Counted from the first letter of the stretch, positions 50,369-62,644 are shown. The stretch: DNA of 64,000 nucleotides from Camelus dromedarius (GCF_036321535.1 NC_087437.1:67086001-67150000), one strand, 5' to 3'. Made by a program: numbers and translations. The notes: generated from the sequence alone by a model not told the origin.

Positions 50369-50491
50369 ACCAGGTGCAGGGAACAGTCACCATCCGGAAC
50401 ATCAGCGCCCTGTCTTCAGGTTTGTACCAGTGTGTGGCCTCTAATGCCATTGGGACCAGCACATGTCTTCTGGATCTCCAGGTCATTTCTC
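50369..50491 (+). CDS. IGSF11: IGSF11 coding exon 5 (second half of Ig C2-type domain)
   Basis: Acceptor gtgacag|AC, donor TCTC|gtaagt, 123 bp. Encodes (D)[40 protein letters not shown]. Confidence 0.97.
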
Positions 50492-51233
50492 GTAAGTAGG
50501 CAGAATTCTGATGTCCCCTTTGGGTCCAAAATGCCTAAATCTTTGTTAAGCCAGGGAATGAAGAGTTCTGCTTAATTGTTTTCAGGTTGTTTGAAGATTA
50601 AATGGAAATTCTTTCGGTTTTCATCATTACTCAGCAATATAACACCTTCTTTATGATAAAATGTCTTCTCCTTGGGACCATCAGAATCAAATCAGTTCTG
50701 ATTGGATATATACAAATTTGTGATGATCTTATGGTCTTGACAAGACCTTTTTGTATTTTCTCCTAATCCCTGCTTAAATGTTGGGTGCCCAGGTCATAAA
50801 TAAGCAGTGCAGAAATCTTCTCCTTAGTTGAGAATTCTGGGTTATAATTTGAATTCCAGTTGCAAAAGGGAATGATCTGGTTGTGATGAGGTGATAGGTT
50901 ATCCCACTGATGGCTGAGTTCATTTGGGGCGGATTAGGCAGATAGATGGGTACCATCTTTTCCCTGCTCTGCCCTAGGTGTAGCTCTCCTACAGCTGTGT
51001 GTTGTGTAATTGTTCATTCATTCAGTAAATGTTTGTGAACCTACTGTGTGTTAGTCCTAACCACTGCGGATACAGAAAGTTAAGTGAGGTTTAACTTTAA
51101 ATGCATGTGATTCTGCAGGCAATTTTATACATTTTAAGAAGATTCTTTAGTAGACTTACTGTTTATGAAGTTGTGTAAGTATAGTCTATTCTCTCTCTCT
51201 CTCTCTTCTTTTTTCTTTAAATATATTTTGCAG

Positions 51234-51384
51234 CCCAGCCCAGGAGCATTGGACTAATAGCTGGAGCCATTGGCACTGGTGCAGTTATTATCATTTTTTG
51301 CATTGCACTAATTTTAGGGGCATTCTTTTACTGGAGAAGCAAAAACAAAGAGGAGGAGGAAGAAGAAATTCCTAATGAAATAAG
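51234..51384 (+). CDS. IGSF11: IGSF11 coding exon 6 (transmembrane helix and acidic juxtamembrane segment); absent from the ORF track
   Basis: Polypyrimidine tract then ttttgcag|CC, donor AAG|gtttgt, 151 bp. Translates (P)[49 protein letters not shown](R), and the phases fit exons 5 and 7. Confidence 0.96.
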
Positions 51385-52357
51385 GTTTGTGTGTCAGATA
51401 ATTTGTCCTGCATAGCTGATGTCTGTATTTCTGTTCATTTTGGGAGCTAAGATATCTCTGCTAATCTGACAGCGATGGCCATGCCTCATGTCCTCACGCC
51501 TCCACCCTCTTCCTGGACCATACGCCTTCCCTCTTCACCCATCTCTTCAGGACACTCCTTGATCTGGTTCAAGACTAGTCTGGGCATCACCTCCTCACCT
51601 AAGTTGACTTAGGCCCTCGTTCAGACTTTAAGATGCACATGTTCTTGCACTGATGGCCGCCCTTATCTGACCACAAGCTTCTTGGGTATAGGAGGGGTGT
51701 CTTTTTCACATGAAACATCTAGTAGAATGTCTAGTACTCAATAAATGTTAAATGAATTAGTTGACATCTTAAATTAGTTTAGTGACTTCTTTTAGCCTCT
51801 TGTAATTCTTAAGGATTTTGACTGTATGCAGGGACAGATTTCATCCCAGCATAAGATTAGTGAGGAAAACCTCTCATCAGCACACCACAGTGATTTCTCA
51901 AACCACAAAGTGTGATGAAATCAGGCAAGTCTTAATAGTTTGTTGAAGTTCCCACATCCATAGTTTGGTTTCCTAGCTATTTTCCAGCAACTTGCTCAGT
52001 GTGTTTTTCATAGACTCTTTTCCTATTTAGAGCAAAAAAAAAAATTATACACACACACACACATATATTCAGTTATATGGGAAGACATAGTCTTTTAGAG
52101 ATTTGATACTACTTTTATTACTCTTGGAGACTAAGAAGCTGAGGGAGAGTTTTTCCTAAGCATTGTCTTAAAGGGAATGAATGTCAAAGCCGATGCCAGC
52201 GGGACTGCGGTGTTTGCTCTCGTGAGTGTGTGCTCTGTCCTGAGAATTTACATTTCACAGACATATTAGCCCGAACATGGGAAGAGAGTCCTGGGCAGGA
52301 GGGGACAGTAAACTTCAAGTCAATCCTAATGACAGCTCTATTTTTGCTCCTTTTCAG

Positions 52358-52799
52358 AGAGGATGATCTTCCACCTAAATGTTCTTCTTCTGCCAAAGCA
52401 TTTCACGCCGAGATATCCTCCTCAGAGAACAACACACTGACCTCTTCCAATACCTACAACAGTCGCTACTGGAGCAACAATCCCAAAGCGCACAGACACA
52501 CGGAGTCGTTCAACCACTTCAGCGACTCGCGCCAGTCTTTCTCCCTGCACTCGGGCCAGGCCAACATACCGTCCATCTATGCTAATGGGAGCCACCTGGT
52601 CCCGGCCCCACACAAGACCCTGGTGGTGACCGCCAACAGAGGGTCATCACCACCGGTCATGGCCCGGAGCAATGGCTCGGTCAGCAGGAAGCCTCGGCCC
52701 CAGCCCACACACTCCTACATCAGCCAAGCCACCCTAGAGCGGATTGGCGCCGTCCCCGTCATGGTGCCAGCCCAGAGTCGGGCCGGGTCCCTGGTATAG
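52358..52799 (+). CDS. IGSF11: IGSF11 last coding exon (cytoplasmic tail ending in the PDZ-binding motif GSLV)
   Basis: Acceptor ttttcag|A. Encodes [15 protein letters not shown]...[14 protein letters not shown] with TAG at 52797-52799. Exons 2-7 total 1244 nt, which with a 52-nt first exon as in human gives 431 aa. Confidence 0.97.
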
Positions 52800-53417
52800 G
52801 ATGGGAGCCAGTGGAGCATGCAGAAAAGAAAAGAAGTGGAGGATGCCCCCGTTCAAGGGGGCGCGTGGGGTGGTGGAGTGCTGGGAAGGACACCTTCCTG
52901 ACAGCAATTCTGGTAGAAAGCACAGAGGAGAGGGCAGTGCTGTGACCTGGCCACTAAGATCTATAAAATGAACTGGCATCCTCCAGCATGAAGACTCGTT
53001 CCCCCACCCCAGATGTCCCAGGATTCTGTTCCAAAAGCTGGATCTCACAGATGTGCCAAGCCGAGGAGAAAGGTATAAGAGCAGAATAGCATTTCAAACC
53101 CAAACTGCGGTCCAGATGGGCTTGTTTTTTTGATTCATGCCTAACATAGTAATTTTTCAAGAGACTTAAGTGCCAGATGGAGTTTAAATAATGAAATTTT
53201 TTAAAAAGATAGGTGTCCTTAGAAAATATACTGAGCATCTCTGTGATATGTCCTGCCTCTCCCCATCCCCTCTTTATGTAGGGGCTGAATGACATAAATG
53301 GTGAGTATTGGTCCTAACAGGACTGGCTCTTGTATCATAGAATCAAAACTTTTTACACCAACAGAATTCAGTAAGGAATGGGGGAAAGCTAGCAACTTCG
53401 TTGAGAAGCCCCTTCAT

Positions 53418-53430
53418 ATTTATTTATTTA
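53418..53430 (+). promoter_or_regulatory. AU-rich element (three overlapping AUUUA) in the 3'UTR
   Basis: ATTTATTTATTTA, containing the UUAUUUAUU nonamer. Confidence 0.5.
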
Positions 53431-54510
53431 TCTCTTCCTGGACCATGAATTTCATATTTGGAATATTGCTGTATTGACAGATTATTGCCTGTCTACGATT
53501 TTCTAGGGTCTGTTATAGGTCCATGACAATTACTGTTCATTATTTCCTGGGAAAGTATTTTTTAAAAGAAAACTAATTTTTTTTTAATATATGCAAGGCA
53601 CCGGGTTAGGAAAGAGAAGACTGTTGTTGACATCACGTCCAGTGACTGTGTTCGCTGAGCCCGCGGAGGCCCAGCACCAGGGGCCTAATTGTGCTGGCGG
53701 AGGCAGGCCCTGGGAACTCCTGGCGGCTCTCAGAGCAGGGCTGTCCCGGCCTCCTTGCTGTCCCACCAGCTTCCTCTTAATGAGGGCAGCACCTGGTGCC
53801 TTTTGTACTGCAGGAGATAACTTTTCCCTTGTTTGACAAGTCGAGGGTACTAGGTCATTACAGGGAGGGCAGGAGTTGCTTTGTTTCCGTTTTCTTTCAA
53901 AATGATTATTTTTGCAAAGGAGAAAAGACTGAGACAAAAGGGATGAGATGCTCCTGGGAGGGTCTGCCCTGTATTTGTCACAGCTCAGGGTTGCAGTTTT
54001 GCCCAAATGCATTTTACACCACTGTAAAGAGACTCTTTTTGGGATTAATTACCTGGCCTTGGTGTTCACCAGATACTTTACAAACTCCCCACTCTATTTT
54101 GTGCCGTGTAGACCTGGCCATACTTGTATTGGTGACTATCTCGCCTTAATCACACTTTAAGCAGCACACAAGTGATTTCTTTCCAGATTTGTTTCCTAAA
54201 TTCTTCATGATGCTGCCCCTGTGATTCGACAAGAGCATCTTTTCTTTCCCCGGTGGTGTCTCTCCCTCCCTCTTCCTACTGTGCTCTTTACCCTCTTTTC
54301 CTGCAAGCATAGTTGTCGCAAGGAGTGGCCTCCTGGTTTTCAGACTTACTTGAATAATGGAAACCAACAGCAGCTGCACACACTACTTTTCGAAGAGGGC
54401 TAAGCTCAGAACCTAACCATTGCAACCATTCCAACATTGATGAAAAGCTGAATTTACTTTAGCATTACTTATTTTTTCCGTTTGATGGTTCTCGACTTTG
54501 TAAAAATTTA

Positions 54511-54516
54511 AATAAA
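54511..54516 (+). terminator. Proximal polyadenylation signal AATAAA
   Basis: AATAAA about 1.7 kb after the stop codon, with TGTA 12 nt upstream. Confidence 0.5.
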
Positions 54517-54639
54517 TGAATGTCTATACTTTTTATAAAGAAAAGTGAAAATACCATGACAGAAAAGATGATACTATCAGATGTTGTTTAGAAAGCGTTT
54601 ATCTTGCATTTCTTTATTCTTTCTAATTATCTAAAATCC

Positions 54640-54645
54640 AATAAA
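54640..54645 (+). terminator. Distal polyadenylation signal AATAAA
   Basis: AATAAA preceded by U-rich sequence and followed by a CA dinucleotide and gttgtcatt. Confidence 0.65.
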
Positions 54646-55567
54646 AGTTTATTCATATAAAAACAAGTTGTCATTAATTATCTACTAATGAATGTCTCAT
54701 TTTGTATTTAGTGTTCTCTTAATGTTATAAGTATTTTCCATTCTGTTTATAGTATTCATAATAATTTTTACTGAGCAGTCCATGAACATATTCCAAAAAT
54801 TACTTAGCTCTACTCTTACCATTAGAAATTTGAGTCCATTTGTCACATGGATGACTGAAGATGTAATGATTCTTTTCACACATTGAGCTCTTTTCACATT
54901 TCCTATATGGGAGTTCATGAAAACAGGATTCAGGACTGTTTTTTTTCACCCCTGAATCTCTCTCACACAGCACAGTGCCTAATATGGCTATCGAGTAGAA
55001 AAATGATGATTTTGGAACTAACGTTGACAAGTCTCAGTTCAGGAAGTTATGGTCATGATTGTAGCTCTTGCTATATATTGGATCATTCCCTTAACTCTTT
55101 ATTTTGAGATATTTACTTATTTTCATGCAGTTTATTAGAAATAATAGAGATTCCTATAATTTCTCCAAATGGTAATGTCTTACCTAACTAGTATACAGTA
55201 TTACACATGCACATGGGTACAATCCATCAGCCTCATTCAGATTTCAACCTTGAAGATGCACTCTGCGTGTGTGTGCTCACACATGTGTGCATTTGGTTCT
55301 GTGTAATTTTATCACGTGTAGATTCATGTGGCCGCCACCACAGTCAAGTTACTGGATTCCTTGAGCTGTTATTTTATAGTCATAGCCACCTCCTTCCTCT
55401 CCAAGTCCCTGATCCCTAATCTGTTCTCCATCTCGATAATTTGTCATTTCAAGAATGCTATGTAAGTGAAATGCAGTATGTAACATTTGACGATTGGCTT
55501 TTCTTTACACTCATCATAGTGTTCTTGAGATCCATCCAAGTTGTTGCATGCATCAGTAATTTATTCC

Positions 55568-55708
55568 TTTTTGTTTTGTTTTGATTTGGGGGGGTAGGTA
55601 ATTAGGTTTGTTTGTTTATTTGTTTGTTTAATGGAAGTGCTAGGGATCGAACCCAGGACCTCATGCATGCTAGGCAAGCACTCTACCACTGAGCTATACC
55701 CTCCCCTT
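55568..55708 (-). mobile_element. Camelid Vic-1-like SINE nested in an old L1
   Basis: Minus strand GGGGAGGGTATAGCTCAGTGGTAGAGTGCTTGCCTAGCATGCATGAGGTCCTGGGTTCGATCCCTAGCACTTCC plus the family tail. The TSD is degenerate. Confidence 0.85.
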
Positions 55709-56068
55709 AGTTCATTCTGTTTTATTACTGAGTAGGATTTCATGGAATGGATATACCTCAGTTTGTTTAACCATTTACCCATTGAAGGGTATGAAGGATA
55801 TTTGAGTTTTTCCAGGTTTTCGCTATTGCAAATAAAGCTGCTGTGAATATTTCTTCTTCTTTTTTTTTTTAACAGGTTTTTATGTGAACATAAGTTTTCA
55901 TTTCTCTAAGATAAATGTCTAAATGTATAGTGACTCGAGCACTGTTTGTTGAAAAGTCTATCCTTCCTCCAGTGAATTGCTTTTGCACCTTTGGAAAAAA
56001 TAATTTGAGGCATATTTGTGTGGGTCTCTATCTGAGTTCTCTAGCTCTTCTTCTGATCTTTGTGTCTG

Positions 56069-56127
56069 TTCCTTCCTTCCTCCCTTCCTTCCTTCCTTCC
56101 TTCCTTCCTTCCTTCCTTCCTTCCTTC
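56069..56127. repeat. (TTCC)n microsatellite
   Basis: Read directly; it is the source of the spurious PSFL and EGRK repeat ORFs. Confidence 0.97.
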
Positions 56128-59100
56128 TCAGCACAGTCAACACTGTGCTTACTCTTATAACTAATTAGCGAGGTTTAACATCTAGTAGAGTGGTTTCTCC
56201 CACTTTCTTCTTCTTTTTCAAAATCATTTTAGCTTTTCTAGTTCCTATGCCTTTCTATATAAATTTTAGAATAAGATGGCCTATGCCTACAGAGCACCTT
56301 GCTGTTGTAATAGGAACCACATTAAGCCTGTAGATTGGGAAGAACTGGCATCTTTACCATACTATTTTCTAGTCTGTGAACATGTTATCTCTCCTGTTAT
56401 TTAGGTCTTCTTTGATTTATTTCATCAGCATTTTCTACTTTTCAGGATATAGATCCTCTACATTTTGTTGGATTTATCCCTAAATATTTAATTTTCTTTG
56501 AAGCAATTGTAAATGTTACTGTGTTTTAAATTTTCGTTTCTATTTGTTGTTAGGAAATAGAATTGTGAGTGAATTTTTTGTATTGATTTTGTATTCTTCA
56601 ACCTTGCTGAATTGACTTCTTCAGAGTGTTTGATTTTTTTGTTTGTTTTGTGGCATTTCTTTTTTTTTTTCTTTTTTTGGTAGATCTTTTGGGATTTTCT
56701 ACATAAATAATCATGTAATCTGCAGATAGAGATTTTTTTAAAATTTAAGTACAATCAATTACAATCAGATAGGGACATTTTAATTTCTTCCTCTGTATGT
56801 GTCTTTGTATGTCTTTGTCTTTGTATGTCTTTTCTTTTTCTTGCCTTATTGCAATGACTAGAATTGATAGTTCTATGTTAAGTTAATGAGTGTAGTATCC
56901 TTCCCTTGTTCCCAGTCTTGGGGTTCGGGTGAGCATTTATTGTTTTACTTAAGTATGATATTAGATGTGGTGTTTTATAGATGCTTTTTATCAATTTAGG
57001 AAGTTTCACTTTTAATACTTGCTGAGAGTATCTTATCATGTATGGGTGTTGGATTTTGTCAAATGATTTTTCTTTATCAATTGATAAGATCATATCTTTT
57101 TTCCTTTAGTATGTTGATAAACTGGATTATATTGATTGATTTCCAAATGTCAAACCAGCCTTGTGTACCTAGAGTAAATTGCAATTGGTCATGGATATAA
57201 ATTTTTCAACTTTGCTGGATTTGATCTTCTAATGTTTTGTTGCAGATTTTTGTGCCTAAGTGCATAGAATTCTCTAGTAAAATCATCTGTGCCTGAGATT
57301 TCTTTTTCAGCTTTTAAATAACTGATTCAATTTCTTTAATGGTTATAGGGCTATTCAAGTTGTCTAATTCATCTTGATTGAGTTTTGATGTTTTGTAGGT
57401 TTTGAGGAATTGATACATCTCTTCTAGCGTGTCAATTTTATGGGCATAATGTATTTTCCCCTTGTTATCCTTTTAGTGGGAGCAGGATCTGTATTGATAT
57501 CTCTTATTTCATTCCTGATGTTGGTGATCTGTATCTTCTATCTTTTTGTTTTTTATCAATTTTGTTTGATGTTTGTTAATTTTTTGGATTTTTTTCCCCA
57601 AAGAAAGCTTTTTGTTTGATCAATTTTTTTTCTATTTTTCTGTTTTCAGTTTTGTTGATTTCTGCTTCTTATTCTTTCATCCCTTCAACTGCTATGGGGT
57701 TTTTTTCCTCTTATATTTCTAGTTTCTTGAGGCGGTAAAAGGATCAATATGTTAATTTCTAAATTATTGGAGATTTTCTGGTTGTCTTTCTGCTAGTGAT
57801 TTTTAGGTTGAAGTTAGAAAAATAATCTGTATTATTTTGATGCTTTACATTTTTTGAAGTTTGTTTTATGGCCTCGGATACAGTCTATGTTGTTACTTGT
57901 TCCATGGGCTCTAAAAAATTTTTATTCTGCTGTTGTTAGTTTGGAATGCTGTGGGTATGTCAATTAGATTCTCTTGTATGATTGTGTTGGTCATTTTTAT
58001 ATCTTGACTGATTTTCTATCTAGTAATCAGTTGCTGAAACTGGGGTGCTGAAATCGTCAACCATAATTGTAGATTTGTCTATTTCTCCTTTCAGCTTTAC
58101 CATTTTTGCTTCATGTGTTTTGGGGCTTTCTTCCTTATTGCACATATATTTAGAATCATTATGTCTTCCTGGTGGATTGATCCTTTTACCATTATGTAGT
58201 TCATTTTTGTCTCTAGTAATTTTTTTTTTTTGCTCTGAAGTCTGGTATTAATTTACCACTGTTGCATTTTTAAAATTAATATCTGCATACTCTTACAATA
58301 TTCCTATGGCACTGTATTTGAAATGAGTTTCTTGTAGACAGTATATTGTTGGATCATATTTTTCTATCCACTCTGCAAATACTTGTCTTTTAATTGGTAT
58401 ATTTAGACCATCTACATTTAAGGCAATTATCGGTATGTTTAGGGCTTAAAGCTGCTATTTTATTTTTTGTTTTCTGTTGTTTCTCTTCTATTTCTTATTA
58501 TCTATTTCTCTTACTTTCTTGTGGGTGATTTGAACAATTTTTAGGCCTTGATATATTTATAGTCTTTTTGAGTATTTCACTTTGTATAGTTTTTTAAGTG
58601 TTTATTTTAGCTATTACAATAAGCATATATAACATACCACAGTCTACTTCTATCAACGTTTTACCACTTTGAGTAGTGTGAAAACTTACTTCCATACATA
58701 TCCCCTTTCTTTCCCCTTTTAAAATATCTTTTTCTTGATCATAAGATGGTATATAATTTTTGTTTCCATCATCAAACACAATTTTAAAACTCATGGGAAG
58801 TTCATTTTACACACCCATGTATCCATTTTTTAGTTTTTCTTTCTTCTTTCCTGATGGTCTAAGATTCCTTTTTTAATCATTCCCTTTCTGTTTGAGGAAT
58901 TCCGTTTAGCCAATTTGTAAGGGTAGATCTGGTAGCAACAAATTCTCTTAGTTTTCTTTTGTCCAAGAGTGTCTTCATTGCCCCTTCATTCCCCACTGGA
59001 CATAGTATTCATGGTTGGCAGTTCTTTTCTTTAAACATATGAAAAATTTGGAATGTGTTCTGCCAGTATTTCTTAAAATACCCTTTCAGCCCCACTCTCT

Positions 59101-61169
59101 GTCTCAGATCTTTCTGGGACTGATGATAGATGCTGTTATTCCACAGGTTCCCGAGGCTCTGTTCATGTTTTCAGCCTATTATCTTTGTGTTGTCCAGAGT
59201 AAATCCTACTGCTCTGTCCTCAGATTTACTGATTTTTGTCCTCTGTTTCCACTCTTCTATTGAGTCCATCTAGCAAGTTTTTATTTTGGTTACTTTATTT
59301 TTTAGTTTGAATAACTTATATTCAATTCCTTTTTTAAAGAGAATTTAAATTTCAACCTAAATTATATTGAGAGAGAATTTATGTAGCAGTTCACTTACAT
59401 GAAGTGTACAATTTAATAGTTTTTAGTATGTTTACAGAGTTGCACCAACATCACCAAAATCTAATTTTAGGACATTTTCATCACCCCACAAAGGACCCGT
59501 ACCTACAACAGTTACTCATTATTCCACACCTCCTTCAGCCCCAGGCAGCCACTTGTCTACTTTCTGTCTTAATATATGTGCCTACTCTGGACATTTCGTA
59601 TAAATGGTATAAGACAATATGTGTGTTTTTGTGTGCATGTGACTTAGTCTACTTAGCATAATGTTTCTGAAGTTCATCCATGTTGTAGCATGTATTATTA
59701 CTTCATTCCTATTTCTTTACCGAGATTTTTCAGGTTTTTCAGTTAGTTTCAAGAGAATTCGTAATTGCTCATTGAGCATTTTTATTATAGCTGTGTTTAA
59801 AATCTTGTCAGATAATTCCACTCTCTGATTCATCTTGATGTTGGCATTTACTGATGGTCTTTTCTCTTTCAGGTTCTGATTTTCCTGGTTCTTGGGGTGA
59901 GGAGTGGGTGTTTTGGGGGGAAGAAACCCATGTTAAATAGTTACAAAGTGTTTGACATAAAAATAATAATATCTGTTACTTCTTTCATGCTTTCTATGTG
60001 CTTTTTAAAATACACGTAAATATTAATTCCTTTAAGCCCATCACAGTCCTATATCATCACTCATATTGTACCAGCCCAGAAACTGAGGCTAAGAGTGGTT
60101 AAGCAATTTGGCCAAACTAGTAAGTAATCTGCCAGTTGTTTTTCAGTCCTCAGTACTCAGACAGGTACTTGGGTCCGGGTGAACAGGAGTCTGGAGGAGA
60201 GATCTGGGGTCCTAGTTGTTTTGACTTCTAATGGCCCTCTTTCAGACAGCCATCTAACTTGTGTCTAGTAAAATAATTTTCAATCTTACAGCAAAATGTT
60301 GAGAAGATGAATGCAATCTAGAGAAAGGGTGATTTGTAAATTCTATGTGTATATAGTTATTTATAGCTTTTCCTCACAGCTCCCTTGTGAATAAGGTATT
60401 AGTGCCTATTTTAGGTAAAGACAGGATACAAAATTCTAACTTAATCATAAGACATTAATGATAGAGACAAAATTATTAGACAAAGCAATACGTGTTAAGT
60501 GCCTGCTATGTATTTAACACTGAGTTTGGTTGATATCTGATTAATTTGGGCAGGTTGGTTAACTAGATGAGATAATTTAGCCTAAAAGGTTACATTGAAA
60601 CTACATTTCTATACCATTCATCATTGCTCCCCAAGTTCATTAGATTTACAGCAGTTTTGCATTCTGGGCTTGGACAAAATTATATGACCATGTATATGGA
60701 CATGGATGAGTTGCAGTTGTCCTTATGAAGGACAAATTACAGAATTCTCAAAGGCTCAAATTCATCTACAAATTAGAGCTAACAGTAGCTACCTTGGAGG
60801 TTGTGAGGACTAGATGAAATAATGGACATAAAGTGAATAGCATAGTGTCTGGCTAAAATAAACACGCAGTATTAGCCATTAGTAGTAGTAGTTCAGAAGC
60901 TTAAATTTCCCAGCAATAGAAAGTCATTTCTACCTACTCAGAATTCTGACTCTCCTTGCTGGAGGTCCTGTTTGAGTGCTGTTGCATATAAACTTGCCCT
61001 TTGAAATTCTTTTTATTTAAGAGAAAGGAAAAGACCAAGTCATTATTGTCTGTCTGACTAAATGTTCCCTTGTTTCCTATTTTCACACATTTTATTCCAA
61101 AACAGCACGTCTGTGTTCTGGTTACCATCATTTTTAAATTAGTGAGGAAAATGAAATGGGTGGGAAAAC

Positions 61170-61355
61170 ATCAGTACTTACAGGGCTCCTACTGTATGCC
61201 AGACAGCATGCTAATCACTTCGTGAGCATCCCATTTGAAATCCTCACAGCACACTTCCAGGTTCATTGTTATGCTCATTTTACAGATGAGGAAACCAAGG
61301 TTTAGGTTAAGTGTTTTGCTCAAGGTCACAAAGCTAGTAAGTTACAGAGTCAAGA
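61170..61355 (-). mobile_element. MIR SINE
   Basis: ctactgtatgccagac...cattttacagatgaggaaaccaagg...caaggtcacaaagctagtaagt. Confidence 0.8.
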
Positions 61356-62249
61356 ATATCACATATGAATTATCATGGATTGTCCTTCCATTAAGATAGC
61401 TAATAAATATGAAAAGTGTTGGCACTGCCTCAAATTTGGCATGGCATAGGCAGAACACTTAATTCTCTTCAGTCATTCTTTGCTCAAGTGTTTTTTAATG
61501 ATTGGAGAAAATTTCCATCTCTGACCTTCTGGGCAATTAGAATAATTTTCTCCAGTCAGTCAAGTTTTTTGAGTCTTCATTTTTAACTCCTATACTTAAG
61601 GGAGTTTCACAGCCTTCAACTTTTTTCTCATCAGTTTCCTAGGATATTTTCCATTTACATAAAATACTGATCTCCTCACCACCTTTAAGCTCAGGATAGA
61701 ACTGTTGTGAGAGAAGGGTGGATTTGAAGAAATTCTCTTAGGTGAGAAGTTTTGAGGGGGACAAAGTAGTCCCTGGAGGCATTGGGTGAATTTGGAAGAA
61801 ACTGCTAAGAAGGAGGCACTGTAGTACCCTGGACCCTGAGTGTCAGTCCTGCTCCATCACTTCCTAACTGACTTTAGGGAAGTTGTTTAGCCTCTCAGCC
61901 TTGTTTTCTTCACCTGTAACGTGAGGATCATCACTCTTACAGCATAGTTCTGAGGATTCAGTTAGATAATGTATTAAGATGGCATAGTTCTTGATAAATT
62001 GTAGCTGTTACTGTTTTTACTTTGTAAGTCATTTACTTGAACTTTATAAGGAGAAAGTGGGGTTGGGGAAAGAGTTCCAAAGAAGAGACTACAGAAGATC
62101 TGAGTGTCATATACAAGCAGCTCCCTCTTCTTCCCTTTTCCCCACCACCAAGAAGGCAAGGCCTTGTCCACCCCTCAAACTTCTCAGAATCACTCCTTTA
62201 TTATGATGTAGGTATAGGCTGTGATTTTCCAAGCCCCAACCCCTAGTGT

Positions 62250-62562
62250 AGAGATCACAACTTCAAATGCCTGGAGAGGTTAAGGAAATGAGAGGATTGG
62301 GCCATATGGGTGGTAGTGACCTGGAGGTTGACACCATGGCCACAATTTAGCAGCTACTCAACTTGCTCCAACAGTTGCCAGTGGGACTCCAGGCCCAGGA
62401 CGGCCAGATCTCTCGAATCTTCAAGAGAAGCTGGAAATGCTGATTTATCTCCTAAATCATGTATGTTGACAATGAAGTTTTTAAAAAGTTAAATGCTGTC
62501 CAAGTTGATTGTACATGTCTGTGGGCCTTAGGTGGCCTGTGGTCCAGTACTAAGCATCTCTG
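62250..62562 (+). mobile_element. MER102-like hAT-Charlie element
   Basis: ttcaaatgcc...gcagctactcaact...gccagatct...ttcaagagaagctggaaat...catgtctgtgggcc. Confidence 0.65.
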
Positions 62563-62644
62563 CTGTGGAATAGACCAGTTTCCAGCAGATGCATGCCTGG
62601 GTGGATCCGGTCTGCAGCTGTCCTCTGCTGATTAGTGTCTGGTC

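Larger units (their letters stand above)
52800..54665 (+). other. IGSF11: IGSF11 3'UTR (3' end approximate)
   Basis: Apparently repeat-free sequence after the stop codon, ending at AATAAA signals with GT/T-rich sequence downstream. L1 fragments resume at about 55100. Confidence 0.75.
55095..59900 (-). mobile_element. Cluster of nested old L1M fragments downstream of IGSF11
   Basis: Continuous antisense L1 signatures. Minus peptide MILSIDKEKSFDKIQHPYMI is an RT motif of ORF2p. A separate L1 3' end lies at about 59350-59720. Confidence 0.85.

Noticed and set aside
52734..54403. Multiple 60-142 aa ORFs in the 3'UTR on both strands
   Set aside because: No homology or exon structure; by-products of GC-rich UTR patches.
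55915..56160. ORFs with PSFL and EGRK repeats
   Set aside because: Translation of a (TTCC)n microsatellite.
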